A DNA stretch of 64,000 nucleotides, taken from NCBI GenBank assembly GCA_002709835.1, contig PAQX01000071.1, forward strand, positions 9,077-73,076, given 5' to 3'. Source of the DNA: Deltaproteobacteria bacterium. Lineage in GTDB: Bacteria; Myxococcota_A; UBA9160; UBA4427. Of the stretch, positions 28,916 through 37,805 are shown piece after piece. Within the stretch, counting starts at the first letter, position 1; each line of letters starts with the position of its first letter. The notes beneath the pieces are model-generated. The model did not search any database. It was not told where the DNA came from and saw only the letters and a list, made by a program, of their open reading frames with translations. The position numbers were made by a program, and so were the translations under genes.

Positions 28916-29402
28916 TTTCGCGCACCTCCTTCTCGGGTCGGCTGTCGAGGGGGTAGGGCAGGACGTGGATCCGGAGACCGGAACGGCCGGCATTCGCGGC
29001 CATCGTATGGGCCAGGGCTTCGAACTCGGAAGTCACGACGGCGACCGCCGTCTTGCCCTCCTGGAGTGCGACGACCGCGTCGTGCACCGTCCAGGAGGTA
29101 CAGCTCCCTCAATTCCCGAGGCCGCTGATCAGCACCTCGCGGTCCGCAACGAAGTTTCGCAGATCACCGAGGGTCGCCTCGGCCTCTTCGCCGGTCCGGT
29201 CGCCCGCACACCACTGGGTCACGCTGCCACCCTCCTTGCGGAGCATCGCGGCCCACTCGTCGCGCACCCAGTCGAAAGAGCGCCAGGTCAGGTCGTATCG
29301 GACGCCCACGCGCGCCGCGTCCATCGCGCCGAGCGGCGGGCCAGGATCGGCGTCGACGTCCGGCGGCTGCGCGGTCGGGTCTAGGATCGTAATGCGGGAC
29401 AT
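28869..29402 (-). CDS. UGSC-family selenoprotein (Sec98, UGA at 29109-29111)
   Basis: ORFs 29109.. and 28869..29087 are the same frame, joined across one TGA to give ISGLGN-U-GSCTSWTVHDAVV. RBS GAGGAG at the start; SECIS-like hairpin follows the UGA. Confidence 0.9.
29057..29098 (-). promoter_or_regulatory. Bacterial SECIS-like stem-loop
   Basis: mRNA CCUCCUGGA-CG-GUGC-ACGAC-GCG-GUCGU-C-GCAC-UCCAGGAGG, starting 11 nt after the UGA. Confidence 0.8.
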
Positions 29403-29505
29403 GTCGGGGCTCCTCTCGAGCGGTGCGGTCCAGGGGGTAGTGTAAGGAAGTCTCATGGCCGATCGCGACCCGGCGCCCCGCGATGGCCGGTGGTATTGTC
29501 GTCCC

Positions 29506-30666
29506 ATGTCGGAAGCCCAGGCCCTTTCGGGGGTGCGCGTCCTCGACCTCACGAATCTCTTCGCGGCACCGCAGATCGCCGCGACCCTCGCCGATTTCGG
29601 GGCGGACGTGGTCAAGATCGAGCCGCCGGCGGGCGATCCGATGCGGCGGATCGGGGTCGCGCGGGACGGCGGTTCGCCACAGTGGGCGCTGGTCTCTCGC
29701 AACAAACGGGCGATCGCGCTCGACCTCGATGACGAGGCGGATCGCGACCGTTTCGGTCGCCTGGTGGAACGAGCGGACGTCCTCGTCGAGAACCTGACGA
29801 CGAAGCTCCTCACGCGATGGGGTTGCGACTTCGACACCCTCGCCGCCCGGAACCCGCGGCTCATCGTGACGAGCATCTCCTGCTACGGCCGTCGCGGGCC
29901 GTACGCGGATCGCGCCGGGGCAGGAACGCTCGCCGAAGCGTTCGCGGGCTTCGCGAATCTGAACGGCGCGGCGGACGGACCGCCGCTGGTCCCTTCTCTG
30001 CCCCTAGGCGACACGCTCGCGGGACTTTCGGGGGTGGTCGGGACGATGATGGCGCTCTATGCGAGGGACCGGTCGGGGGGGACGGAGCGCGGGCAGCACG
30101 TCGACGTGACGATGATCGAGCCGATCCTGCAGCTCCTGGCCCTGCCTCTCGTGACCTGGGATGGCGCGGGGGATCCGCCCGCACGGATGGGCAGTCGGGT
30201 TGCCGGGGGGGTACCGCGCAATCTCTATCGCGCACGGGACGGCGACTATCTCGCGCTTTCGGGGACGACCGATGCGCAGGTGGCGCGGATCCTCACGCTG
30301 CTTGGCCGGGACGGCGACGCGGATCGAGAACGTTTCGGGACCAGCGCGGCGCGACTGAGCGTCGCCGACGAACTCGACGGGCTGGTCGGCGAATGGATCG
30401 CAGGACGTGACCGGGCCGAAGCCTTGCAGGCGTTCCACGAGATCCGGATTCCGGTCGCGCCCGTGAACGACCTCGCGGCGATCCTCGACGACCCCCACGT
30501 CCGAGCGCGGGCGAGCGTCGCGACCCTCGAGGATCCGAAGATGGGCGGGCTGACCTTCGTCACACCGACCCCGCAGCTCTCGGAGACGCCTGGTCGCCAT
30601 CGCCACGTGGGGCCCGCGATCGGCGAGCACGACGAAGAGGTCTTCCGCGACTGGCTCGGCGACTGA
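29506..30666 (+). CDS. Class III CoA-transferase (CaiB/BaiF family)
   Basis: 'LSGVRVLDL', 'LADFGADVVKIEPP.GD', 'RNKR', 'ADVLVEN', 'LGD..AG'. Confidence 0.93.
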   Translation: MSEAQALSGVRVLDLTNLFAAPQIAATLADFGADVVKIEPPAGDPMRRIGVARDGGSPQWALVSRNKRAIALDLDDEADRDRFGRLVERADVLVENLTTKLLTRWGCDFDTLAARNPRLIVTSISCYGRRGPYADRAGAGTLAEAFAGFANLNGAADGPPLVPSLPLGDTLAGLSGVVGTMMALYARDRSGGTERGQHVDVTMIEPILQLLALPLVTWDGAGDPPARMGSRVAGGVPRNLYRARDGDYLALSGTTDAQVARILTLLGRDGDADRERFGTSAARLSVADELDGLVGEWIAGRDRAEALQAFHEIRIPVAPVNDLAAILDDPHVRARASVATLEDPKMGGLTFVTPTPQLSETPGRHRHVGPAIGEHDEEVFRDWLGD

Positions 30667-30670
30667 CGCC

Positions 30671-31897
30671 TCAGAGCTGCTCGACCCACTCCCGGAACCC
30701 GAGCCGCTCGACCGCGGCCGTCGATCGCCGGGTGACCGCGAGCACGGTCTCGTTTCGTTCGGTCAAGCCCGCGAGTCCGAGGGGGACCACGCCGACCATG
30801 AGAGTCTGATAGGAGAACGCGCGATACTGCTCGAAGGCGTCTGCGAAGGGCAGATCGATTCCGTGGGAGGCGAGGGCCTCGCAATACCCGCGGATCAAGG
30901 TCTCTTCGTTCTCTGCGAGGACTTCCGGCTCCATCGAGTTGATCAGGAAGTATTGGACGTCGCGCATGCCCTTGTTCCACTGCACCGCCTGAAAGTCGAT
31001 CATCCCGACCCGCGTCCGCCCGCCCTCTTCGTATTCGAAGCAGTTGCCGAGATGGCTGTCGCCGTGACACAACGTCATCGGGCCGTGGAACCACGCGTCG
31101 AGCACCGCGTCCCACCGATCGACGGTCCGCTTGCAGGTCTCGACGATCCGCTCGGTCACGAGGTCGGGGGCAGCCTTGTGGGCCCGGTCGAGTGCCGCGT
31201 AGTTCAGCATGGGCGTCACGCGCTTCGAGCGTCTCGATCGGTAGGTGTCGAACTCGCGCGGGAGCAGCGCCTCGCGCTGGGTCCGGTCCCAACCCCAGAA
31301 ATGTGCGTGCAGGGCCGCGAACGTCTCGAGCACGCGCTCGGCGCGCTCCGGCGTAGTGCCGGCAGCCATGTCGCGGTTGATGAACATGCGGGCGTCGAGG
31401 GACTCGTTCAGATTTTCCATGACGAGGATGAAGCGCGATCCCCGTTCGGCGACGGCATAGACGTTCGGAATCCGGATCGGAATGTGCGGGGCGATCCGTG
31501 AGCAGAAGAGGCACTCGAGCGACCAGTAGCCGAGCGTGTTCGCGAAGACGCGGGGCCAGGTCTCTGCACAGGGGATCTTGACGTAGGCCGTCTTCGGTAG
31601 ATCGGCGCGGCGCCCCTCGAACTCGAAGTCGACCAGAAAGTTGACGCAGTTGCTGCTCTCGAAGTCGACGCCCGGGAGTTGGACGCTCCGCAGGTGCGGT
31701 ATCGGAAGCTGACCCTCCGGCGCGTGATTCTGGAGTAGATCGTCCATGACGCTGCGCTGGGCGACTTCGTCCTTCGTTGCGGGCAGCGCGTTGCCGAGCC
31801 GATCGCCGATCTCGTCTTCCATCACCCGAGCGAATCCCCGCGCGGCCCGGAGCCCGAGCTGGAGGCCGCCACGGAGTTGTTCGAGTTGGGGCATCAT
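30671..31897 (-). CDS. Ecdysteroid-kinase-like / APH-family phosphotransferase
   Basis: 'TLCHGDSHLGN' Brenner motif, 'IDFQ', 'DVQYFL'. Start is 31897 or 31924. Confidence 0.85.
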   Translation of the reverse strand: MMPQLEQLRGGLQLGLRAARGFARVMEDEIGDRLGNALPATKDEVAQRSVMDDLLQNHAPEGQLPIPHLRSVQLPGVDFESSNCVNFLVDFEFEGRRADLPKTAYVKIPCAETWPRVFANTLGYWSLECLFCSRIAPHIPIRIPNVYAVAERGSRFILVMENLNESLDARMFINRDMAAGTTPERAERVLETFAALHAHFWGWDRTQREALLPREFDTYRSRRSKRVTPMLNYAALDRAHKAAPDLVTERIVETCKRTVDRWDAVLDAWFHGPMTLCHGDSHLGNCFEYEEGGRTRVGMIDFQAVQWNKGMRDVQYFLINSMEPEVLAENEETLIRGYCEALASHGIDLPFADAFEQYRAFSYQTLMVGVVPLGLAGLTERNETVLAVTRRSTAAVERLGFREWVEQL

Positions 31898-31966
31898 TTT
31901 TTTGTCCAACGATTTTCGTTTCACGAGGAGGAGTGGCTCCGGCTAGCGGGGCAGGTTGGAGGGAGG

Positions 31967-32010
31967 AGCCTTCAGCCTGGAAAGAGCCTTCAGCTAGAAA
32001 AGCCTTCAGC
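31967..32010. repeat. Three copies of AGCCTTCAGC at 16-18 bp spacing
   Basis: Copies at 31967, 31985 and 32001; the last contains the AKR stop codon. Confidence 0.75.
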
Positions 32011-33574
32011 CCAAAGAAAGCAGGTCGTGCGCGCCGCGCATGCGATTCGGAATGTCGACGCCGTCGGGGCAGGCCTTCGTGCACGGGGCCGCACAGCTCG
32101 CGCAGGCCGACGCGTTCCGTTCGAGGGCGCCGTAGAGGCGAAGACCCTCCTTCTGCGCGCCGAAGTGTTCGTAGTACATCCGGTGTCGTAGCACGTCGTG
32201 GATCGGGACGTGCTCGGGGCAGCTGTCGAGGCAGAGGCCGCAGTGGGGGCGACAATGGCTCTCGGTGGTCAGCGCCGAATAGCGTTCGAGCACCGCGGTG
32301 TCGCTCGGGCGCAAGTGTCGGCCCGAGGCGTAGAGGAACTCGTCCAGCTGGCCGGTCTCCCACAGCGAGATCACGAGACAAGAGACGCTCTGGTTCGACA
32401 ACACCCACTTGAACGAGGCCTGTGTGAACGAATCGCGCTCGTCGGGCGTCCAGTCGAGGAAGTGATGCATCGATCCACGGAGCGTCTTCATCGCGACCAC
32501 GCCGATGTCCTTGGCCGCGGCGCGGTCGATGATGTTCGAGAGTCGCGGCCAGGCGCCGAAGTGGTAGGCGAGCATCATCACGTCGAATCGGTCGCTGGCG
32601 ATGGCGGCATCGGCAACCGCTTCGAGGTTGGGAGTGTGGGTCGACACGCCGAGGAAGCGGGCCTTTCCCTGCTCCTTGAGGCGGTCGAAGGCCTCATGGA
32701 CGTTGGGGTCCATGAGCCGCTCGACCGTGTCGCAGGAATGGATGTGGACCAGGTCGACGTAGTCGGTCTGGAGGCGCTCGAGGCTCCCCTCGACCGCCCG
32801 CATGTAGCCTTCCACGGGGGTACCCGGACCGAGGTGGCCCTTCGGGAGACAGAACTTGGTCGCGACGAACATCTCGTCGCGATGGCCCTTCATCGCTTCG
32901 CCGAAGCGCCGCTCCGAGCCGGTCTCCGCGTAGTCCGGGGCGGTGTCGAAGTAGTTGATGCCGCGATCGATCGCCTCTCGGGTCACGTCGACGGTTTGTC
33001 GGCCGCCGGTACTGGAGCCGGAGCCGAGAGAGATGTCGGAGACCATCGCGTTCGTCCGACCAAGGCGGCGATAACCCTGGACCCGGGCGCCAACCCATTC
33101 GTCGCGGCGGACCTCGGAGCGATATTCGGGGCGGACGGCGAAGATCTTCGGGATCGTGACGGTCGTCCAAGCCCGATTCGGCCAGATGGCGGCGGCGACA
33201 CTCGCCCCGACGCCGGCGGCAGAAGCGGCGGCGGCTCCCAGGAAGCGCCGTCGACCCAGCGTGCTGGGATCCCCTTCTTCGGGCTTTGCGGGGGTAGCGC
33301 CCATCCGGCGCAGGGTGAGAACGATGCTGATGCCGATCGAGGAGAGCACGAGGACGACGGTTGCCATTTCGTCGGACTCGATCACCCGGCCTTCGACGCG
33401 GCGTCCCAGAAAATCGCCGAGGAAGCGCATCGAGAAGATCAGCGTCAGCAGCCAGGAGAAGAGCACGGTTCGCATGACGGTCCGTCCGCGTGAGTACACG
33501 AGGAGAGTAGGCCGCGACGGCTTCGGGAGCGAGTAGTTCCGCTGGCTCGTGACGGGGCCGTCGGCGCCACGCAC
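32006..33574 (-). CDS. Aldo/keto reductase with N-terminal TM segments, internal twin-arginine motif and C-terminal 2x[4Fe-4S] domain
   Basis: 'RRLGRT...VS.I.LG', 'GINYFDTA.DY', 'ATK', 'SLERLQTDYVDL..IH'; 'CRPHCGLC...CP' and 'CASC..PC...CP'. Start is 33574 or 33475. Confidence 0.9.
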   Translation of the reverse strand: MRGADGPVTSQRNYSLPKPSRPTLLVYSRGRTVMRTVLFSWLLTLIFSMRFLGDFLGRRVEGRVIESDEMATVVLVLSSIGISIVLTLRRMGATPAKPEEGDPSTLGRRRFLGAAAASAAGVGASVAAAIWPNRAWTTVTIPKIFAVRPEYRSEVRRDEWVGARVQGYRRLGRTNAMVSDISLGSGSSTGGRQTVDVTREAIDRGINYFDTAPDYAETGSERRFGEAMKGHRDEMFVATKFCLPKGHLGPGTPVEGYMRAVEGSLERLQTDYVDLVHIHSCDTVERLMDPNVHEAFDRLKEQGKARFLGVSTHTPNLEAVADAAIASDRFDVMMLAYHFGAWPRLSNIIDRAAAKDIGVVAMKTLRGSMHHFLDWTPDERDSFTQASFKWVLSNQSVSCLVISLWETGQLDEFLYASGRHLRPSDTAVLERYSALTTESHCRPHCGLCLDSCPEHVPIHDVLRHRMYYEHFGAQKEGLRLYGALERNASACASCAAPCTKACPDGVDIPNRMRGAHDLLSLG

Positions 33575-33583
33575 GACCGCCGT

Positions 33584-35041
33584 CTAACGGCTGGCGGACT
33601 GCTCCGCGAACTCCTCCTCGGGCGACAGGATCATGCGGTGGCGGGCGTAGACCGCGAAGTAGACGACCGAGAGCGCATACCAGCCCGCCACGCCGTAGAT
33701 CCCCGGCCGGTAGTCCTCGTTCACGAAGAGGAAGACGAGTGTCATCGCTGCGATCGCGGCTGCGGTGATCGCACCGGCTCGGCCGAGTGGGCTCACATAG
33801 GGCCGCTCGAGTCCGTCGATCGTCTTGATCTTCAGGTACGCCGCCATCTGCATCAGGTAGGCGATCATCGCGCCGAAGACGGCCATGTTGAGGAGCACGC
33901 CCCCGACCGGCACCTCTCCGAGGAATCCCTGGCCGTACTCGATCAAGAGCGCGACCACATAGCCGGCGACGGCGCCGACTACGAGCGCGATGTGCGGCGT
34001 CTTGCGTGTCGGGTGGGTGCGCGACATCCAGGTCGGGAAGTAGCCCGCGCGCGAGAGCGAGTAGATGTTGCGGCCGTAGGCGTAGATGATCGCGTGGAAG
34101 CTTGCCACGAGCCCTGCGACGGCGGCGAGGGCGAGTCCCGTCGCGCCGGCGCCGTCTCCGAAGATCGTGCGGAACGCGAGAAAGAGCGGCTCCTCGGAGG
34201 CGCCGACCACCGCGGCACCGGGGGCGATGCCCACGTTCAGGAAGAGGGTGAGCAGCGAGGCGACGATCAGCGTCGCGAGCCCCCAGAGCAGGCCGCGCGG
34301 CATGTCCCGCTTCGGGTCGTGACTCTCTTCGGCGGCAAGCGGCAGCTGTTCGATTGCGAGATAGAACCAGACGGCGAAGGGGAGGCAGGCGGTGACGCCT
34401 TGCCAGCCGTGGGGGAGCCAGCGGGTCCGACCCGGCGCGGGCTCGACGGCGAGGGCCGCCTCCCAGGAGAAATGGGGGAGGGCGCCGATCCAGAAGACGA
34501 TAAGAACGAGGAGGGCGAGGGCGGTGATGGCGACGGTGACGCGGAAGGTGAGTTCGACGCCGGCGATGTTCACGCCGACGAAGAGGACGTAGAAGGCGGC
34601 CCAGAGGAGCGGTGCCGGGATCGACAGGCCGAAGGCGCTCTCGAGGATCGTGCCGACGTAGCCGCCGATGCCGACGACGATCACGGCGGGGGTGAGGACG
34701 TACTCGATGCTCTCGGCGAGCCCCGTCAAGAAGCCGCCCCAGGGACCGAATGCGGTTCGACCGAAGGAGTACGCCCCGCCCGTATGCGGAAGCGCCGGCG
34801 AGAGCTCGGCGATCGAGAAACACAGACCGACGTACATGACGGCGACGACGGCCGTCGCGAGCAATAAACCGCCGAAGCCGCCCGAGAGCAGCCCGTAGTT
34901 CCAACCGAAGAAGTCGCCGGAGATGACTGCGCCGACGCCCAACGCCCAGAGTGACCAGACGCCGGCGAAGCGATTCAGGCCGCGCTCTTCGAAATAGCCT
35001 TCCTCCGCGCTTCGGTAGGTGACGCCGCTTCGTTCGGGCAT
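33584..35041 (-). CDS. eat: Ethanolamine permease-like APC transporter
   Basis: 'LWALGVGAVISGDFFGWN.GL', 'AELS.A.PH.GG', 'LPFAVWFYLAIE', 'ASFH.II..YGR'. Confidence 0.8.
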   Translation of the reverse strand: MPERSGVTYRSAEEGYFEERGLNRFAGVWSLWALGVGAVISGDFFGWNYGLLSGGFGGLLLATAVVAVMYVGLCFSIAELSPALPHTGGAYSFGRTAFGPWGGFLTGLAESIEYVLTPAVIVVGIGGYVGTILESAFGLSIPAPLLWAAFYVLFVGVNIAGVELTFRVTVAITALALLVLIVFWIGALPHFSWEAALAVEPAPGRTRWLPHGWQGVTACLPFAVWFYLAIEQLPLAAEESHDPKRDMPRGLLWGLATLIVASLLTLFLNVGIAPGAAVVGASEEPLFLAFRTIFGDGAGATGLALAAVAGLVASFHAIIYAYGRNIYSLSRAGYFPTWMSRTHPTRKTPHIALVVGAVAGYVVALLIEYGQGFLGEVPVGGVLLNMAVFGAMIAYLMQMAAYLKIKTIDGLERPYVSPLGRAGAITAAAIAAMTLVFLFVNEDYRPGIYGVAGWYALSVVYFAVYARHRMILSPEEEFAEQSASR

Positions 35042-35070
35042 GCTTCCTCTCTTCTTTGGCGATCGACTCG

Positions 35071-36171
35071 TCAGGGCTCGACGACGGTGCGTACGGTCTC
35101 GCCTCTACGAAGCGCCTCGAAGGCCTCGTTCACGTGCTCCAACGGGATCCGGGTTTCGACGAGCTTTTCGAGATCGAGCGTGCCCTGCTGGTAGTGACGC
35201 ATGATCCGCGGAATGTCCCGCGCAGGAATGTTGCCCCCGCCCATGCAGCCGAGGAGCTTGCGGTCCGAGAAGAGGATACGGCTGTCGACCGTCACCTCGG
35301 TTCCAGGCGGCGGCGCGCCGACCATGACGGTGGTTCCACCGGTTCGTGTCGAGTCGAAGGCCTGGGTGACCAGCGGGGTGTGACCCACGACTTCGAACGC
35401 GTAGTCGACGCCAGCCGGCACCAATGCCTTGACCCGTTCCGGAATGTCCTCGTCCGGTTCGATCAGCAGGCAATCGGTGGCCCCGAGATCGGCTGCGAGG
35501 TCCAGCTTCGCGGGTTGGGTATCGCAGGCGATGATCCGGGCGGCCCCGGCGATCGCGTTTCCCTGGATCACGTTCAGGCCGACGCCACCGCAGCCGATCA
35601 CGAGCGCGGTCGATCCAGGGCGAACCTCTGCGATGTTGAGGGCCGCGCCGATCCCCGTCGTGACGCCGCAGCCTGCGAGGCAGGCGAGGTCGAGCGGGAT
35701 CGACGGATCGATTCTGACCAGCTGGGCTTCGCGCACGACGGCGTACTCGGCGAGGGAGCCGGAACCGCACATCGGGGCGATGGCCTGGCCGCCCTTCGAA
35801 AGGCGTGTCGTCCCGTCGGGCATCCGGCCATACATGTTGTGGGTTCGGGTCTCGCTCCAGCAGTTCGTGATGTCGCCGGCGCGACATTCGCCGCAGGTTC
35901 CACAGGGGCCGTAGAGCGCGATCACGACCGAGTCGCCTTTCTTCAGTCCCGTCACGCCGGGACCGACTTCCTCGACGATGCCGGCGCCTTCGTGGCCGAG
36001 CACCATCGGCGGCTGAGAGACCGGGCTTTCGCCTTCCAGCGCGTGGAGATCCGAGCGACAGACGCCGGACGCGAGGATTCGGACCAGCACTTCTCCGCTA
36101 CGGGCCGACTCGACGTCGATCTCGTCGACCACGAGCGGGCGATGGGGCTCGTACATGACTGCTGCGCGCAT
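35071..36171 (-). CDS. Zn-dependent alcohol dehydrogenase (class III-like)
   Basis: 'GVC.SD', 'GHEGAG', structural Zn 'CGTC.EC......NC', 'GCGGVG'. Confidence 0.93.
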   Translation of the reverse strand: MRAAVMYEPHRPLVVDEIDVESARSGEVLVRILASGVCRSDLHALEGESPVSQPPMVLGHEGAGIVEEVGPGVTGLKKGDSVVIALYGPCGTCGECRAGDITNCWSETRTHNMYGRMPDGTTRLSKGGQAIAPMCGSGSLAEYAVVREAQLVRIDPSIPLDLACLAGCGVTTGIGAALNIAEVRPGSTALVIGCGGVGLNVIQGNAIAGAARIIACDTQPAKLDLAADLGATDCLLIEPDEDIPERVKALVPAGVDYAFEVVGHTPLVTQAFDSTRTGGTTVMVGAPPPGTEVTVDSRILFSDRKLLGCMGGGNIPARDIPRIMRHYQQGTLDLEKLVETRIPLEHVNEAFEALRRGETVRTVVEP

Positions 36172-36298
36172 CGAAGACCTCCGGTTGTCCGCGATTCTAG
36201 GCCGTGCGGCCCCGGGACCAACCCGTCGGACCGTCAAAGGGTGAAAGCGCTCCTGCCGGGAACTAGAGTCGACGTCTCGCGTGGAGAAGGAGGGGCCG

Positions 36299-37792
36299 AT
36301 GTTGCTGCTGACCGGAAACCGGATCGATCACTGGATCGGCGGTGCGCGGGTCGCGCCGGCGAAAGGCGCCTATCTCGAGAGCGTCGACCCTTCGATCGGG
36401 AAGCCCTGGATCGAGGTCCCGGCGGGCGATGCCGAGGACGTGGATGCCGCCGTCGCTGCGGCCAAGGCCGCTTTCGAAGGCCCCTGGCGCGAGATGGCGG
36501 CGATGCAGCGGGCGGCCCTGCTGCGGGCTGTCGCCGTCGAGATTGCCGGACACGCCGAGGAACTCGCGACGATCGAGTGCCGCGACAACGGCAAGCCGAT
36601 CCGCGAGGCGATCCCCGGGGATCTGCCGTCGGTCAGCGAAATGATGAACTACTGGGGCGGCCAGGCGGACAAAATCCACGGATCGACCGTCGAGATCGGC
36701 CCGGCGTCCCACAACTTCGTACGCCACGAGCCGCTCGGCGTGGTCGGCATCATCGTCCCCTGGAATTCTCCGCTTGCGATCCTGGCGGCGAAGGTCGGTG
36801 CGGCCCTCGCGGCGGGGAACACGGTCGTGTTGAAGCCCGCCGAACAGGCCTCCGCCTCGATCCTCGTCATCGCAGAATGCTTCGACGCCGTCGGCTTTCC
36901 GCCCGGGGTGGTGAACGTCGTGTCCGGGCTCGGTGAAGTCGTGGGGGACGCACTGGTTCGGCATCCTGACGTGCGGAAGATCGCGATGACCGGATCGACG
37001 GAGACGGCGCGGATCATCAGCGAGCGTGCGGCGCCGACCCTCAAGCAGCTGGCCTTCGAGTTGGGCGGCAAGTCGCCGAACATCGTCTTCGCCGACGCCG
37101 ATCTGGACATCGCCGTCCCGGGGGCGAGTACCAGCTCCGTCTTCACTGGGGGCGCCGGTCAGACGTGCGTCGCCGGTTCGAGACTCCTGATCCATGCCTC
37201 GATCTACGACGAATTGGTCGAGAAGATCGAAGCCCACGTCGCCGACACCGTGCGTCTCGGAAACGCCCTCGACCCGGCGACCGCGATGGGGCCGATCGCC
37301 TTCGATCGGCAGTACGAGAAGGTGAAGTCGTACATCGCGCTCGGGCGCGAAGAGGGGGCAGAACTCTCTTTTGGCGGGAGGTTCGGCCCGGAGAACTTCG
37401 AGGGGCGGGACGACGCGGACACGCTCGCGGGTGGCTACTTCGTGTCCCCCACCCTCTTTCGAGGGGCGACCAACGACATGCGCGTGTGTCGAGAGGAGAT
37501 CTTCGGTCCCGTGACCTGCGCGATTCCCTTCGAGGACGACGACGAGGCCCTCGCGATCGCGAACGACACGAACTACGGCCTCGCCTGTGGCGTGTGGACC
37601 CGGGATTTGAAGCGCGCCCATCGCTTCGTGCGCGACGTCCAGGCCGGGGCGGTCTGGGTGAATACCTATCGGCGGATCCACTGGGCCGCGCCTTTCGGGG
37701 GCTTCAAGGACTCGGGATACGGGCGGGACTCCGGGCTCGAGAGCCTCCGCGGCTATCAGCAGACGAAGACCGCCTGGATCGACCTCGCCTAG
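36299..37792 (+). CDS. Aldehyde dehydrogenase
   Basis: 'PWNSP', 'TGSTETA', 'ELGGKSP', 'GQTC', 'EEIFGPV'; AAGGAGG RBS before ATG 36299. Confidence 0.95.
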   Translation: MLLLTGNRIDHWIGGARVAPAKGAYLESVDPSIGKPWIEVPAGDAEDVDAAVAAAKAAFEGPWREMAAMQRAALLRAVAVEIAGHAEELATIECRDNGKPIREAIPGDLPSVSEMMNYWGGQADKIHGSTVEIGPASHNFVRHEPLGVVGIIVPWNSPLAILAAKVGAALAAGNTVVLKPAEQASASILVIAECFDAVGFPPGVVNVVSGLGEVVGDALVRHPDVRKIAMTGSTETARIISERAAPTLKQLAFELGGKSPNIVFADADLDIAVPGASTSSVFTGGAGQTCVAGSRLLIHASIYDELVEKIEAHVADTVRLGNALDPATAMGPIAFDRQYEKVKSYIALGREEGAELSFGGRFGPENFEGRDDADTLAGGYFVSPTLFRGATNDMRVCREEIFGPVTCAIPFEDDDEALAIANDTNYGLACGVWTRDLKRAHRFVRDVQAGAVWVNTYRRIHWAAPFGGFKDSGYGRDSGLESLRGYQQTKTAWIDLA

Positions 37793-37805
37793 CGCGGCCG
37801 TGCGC

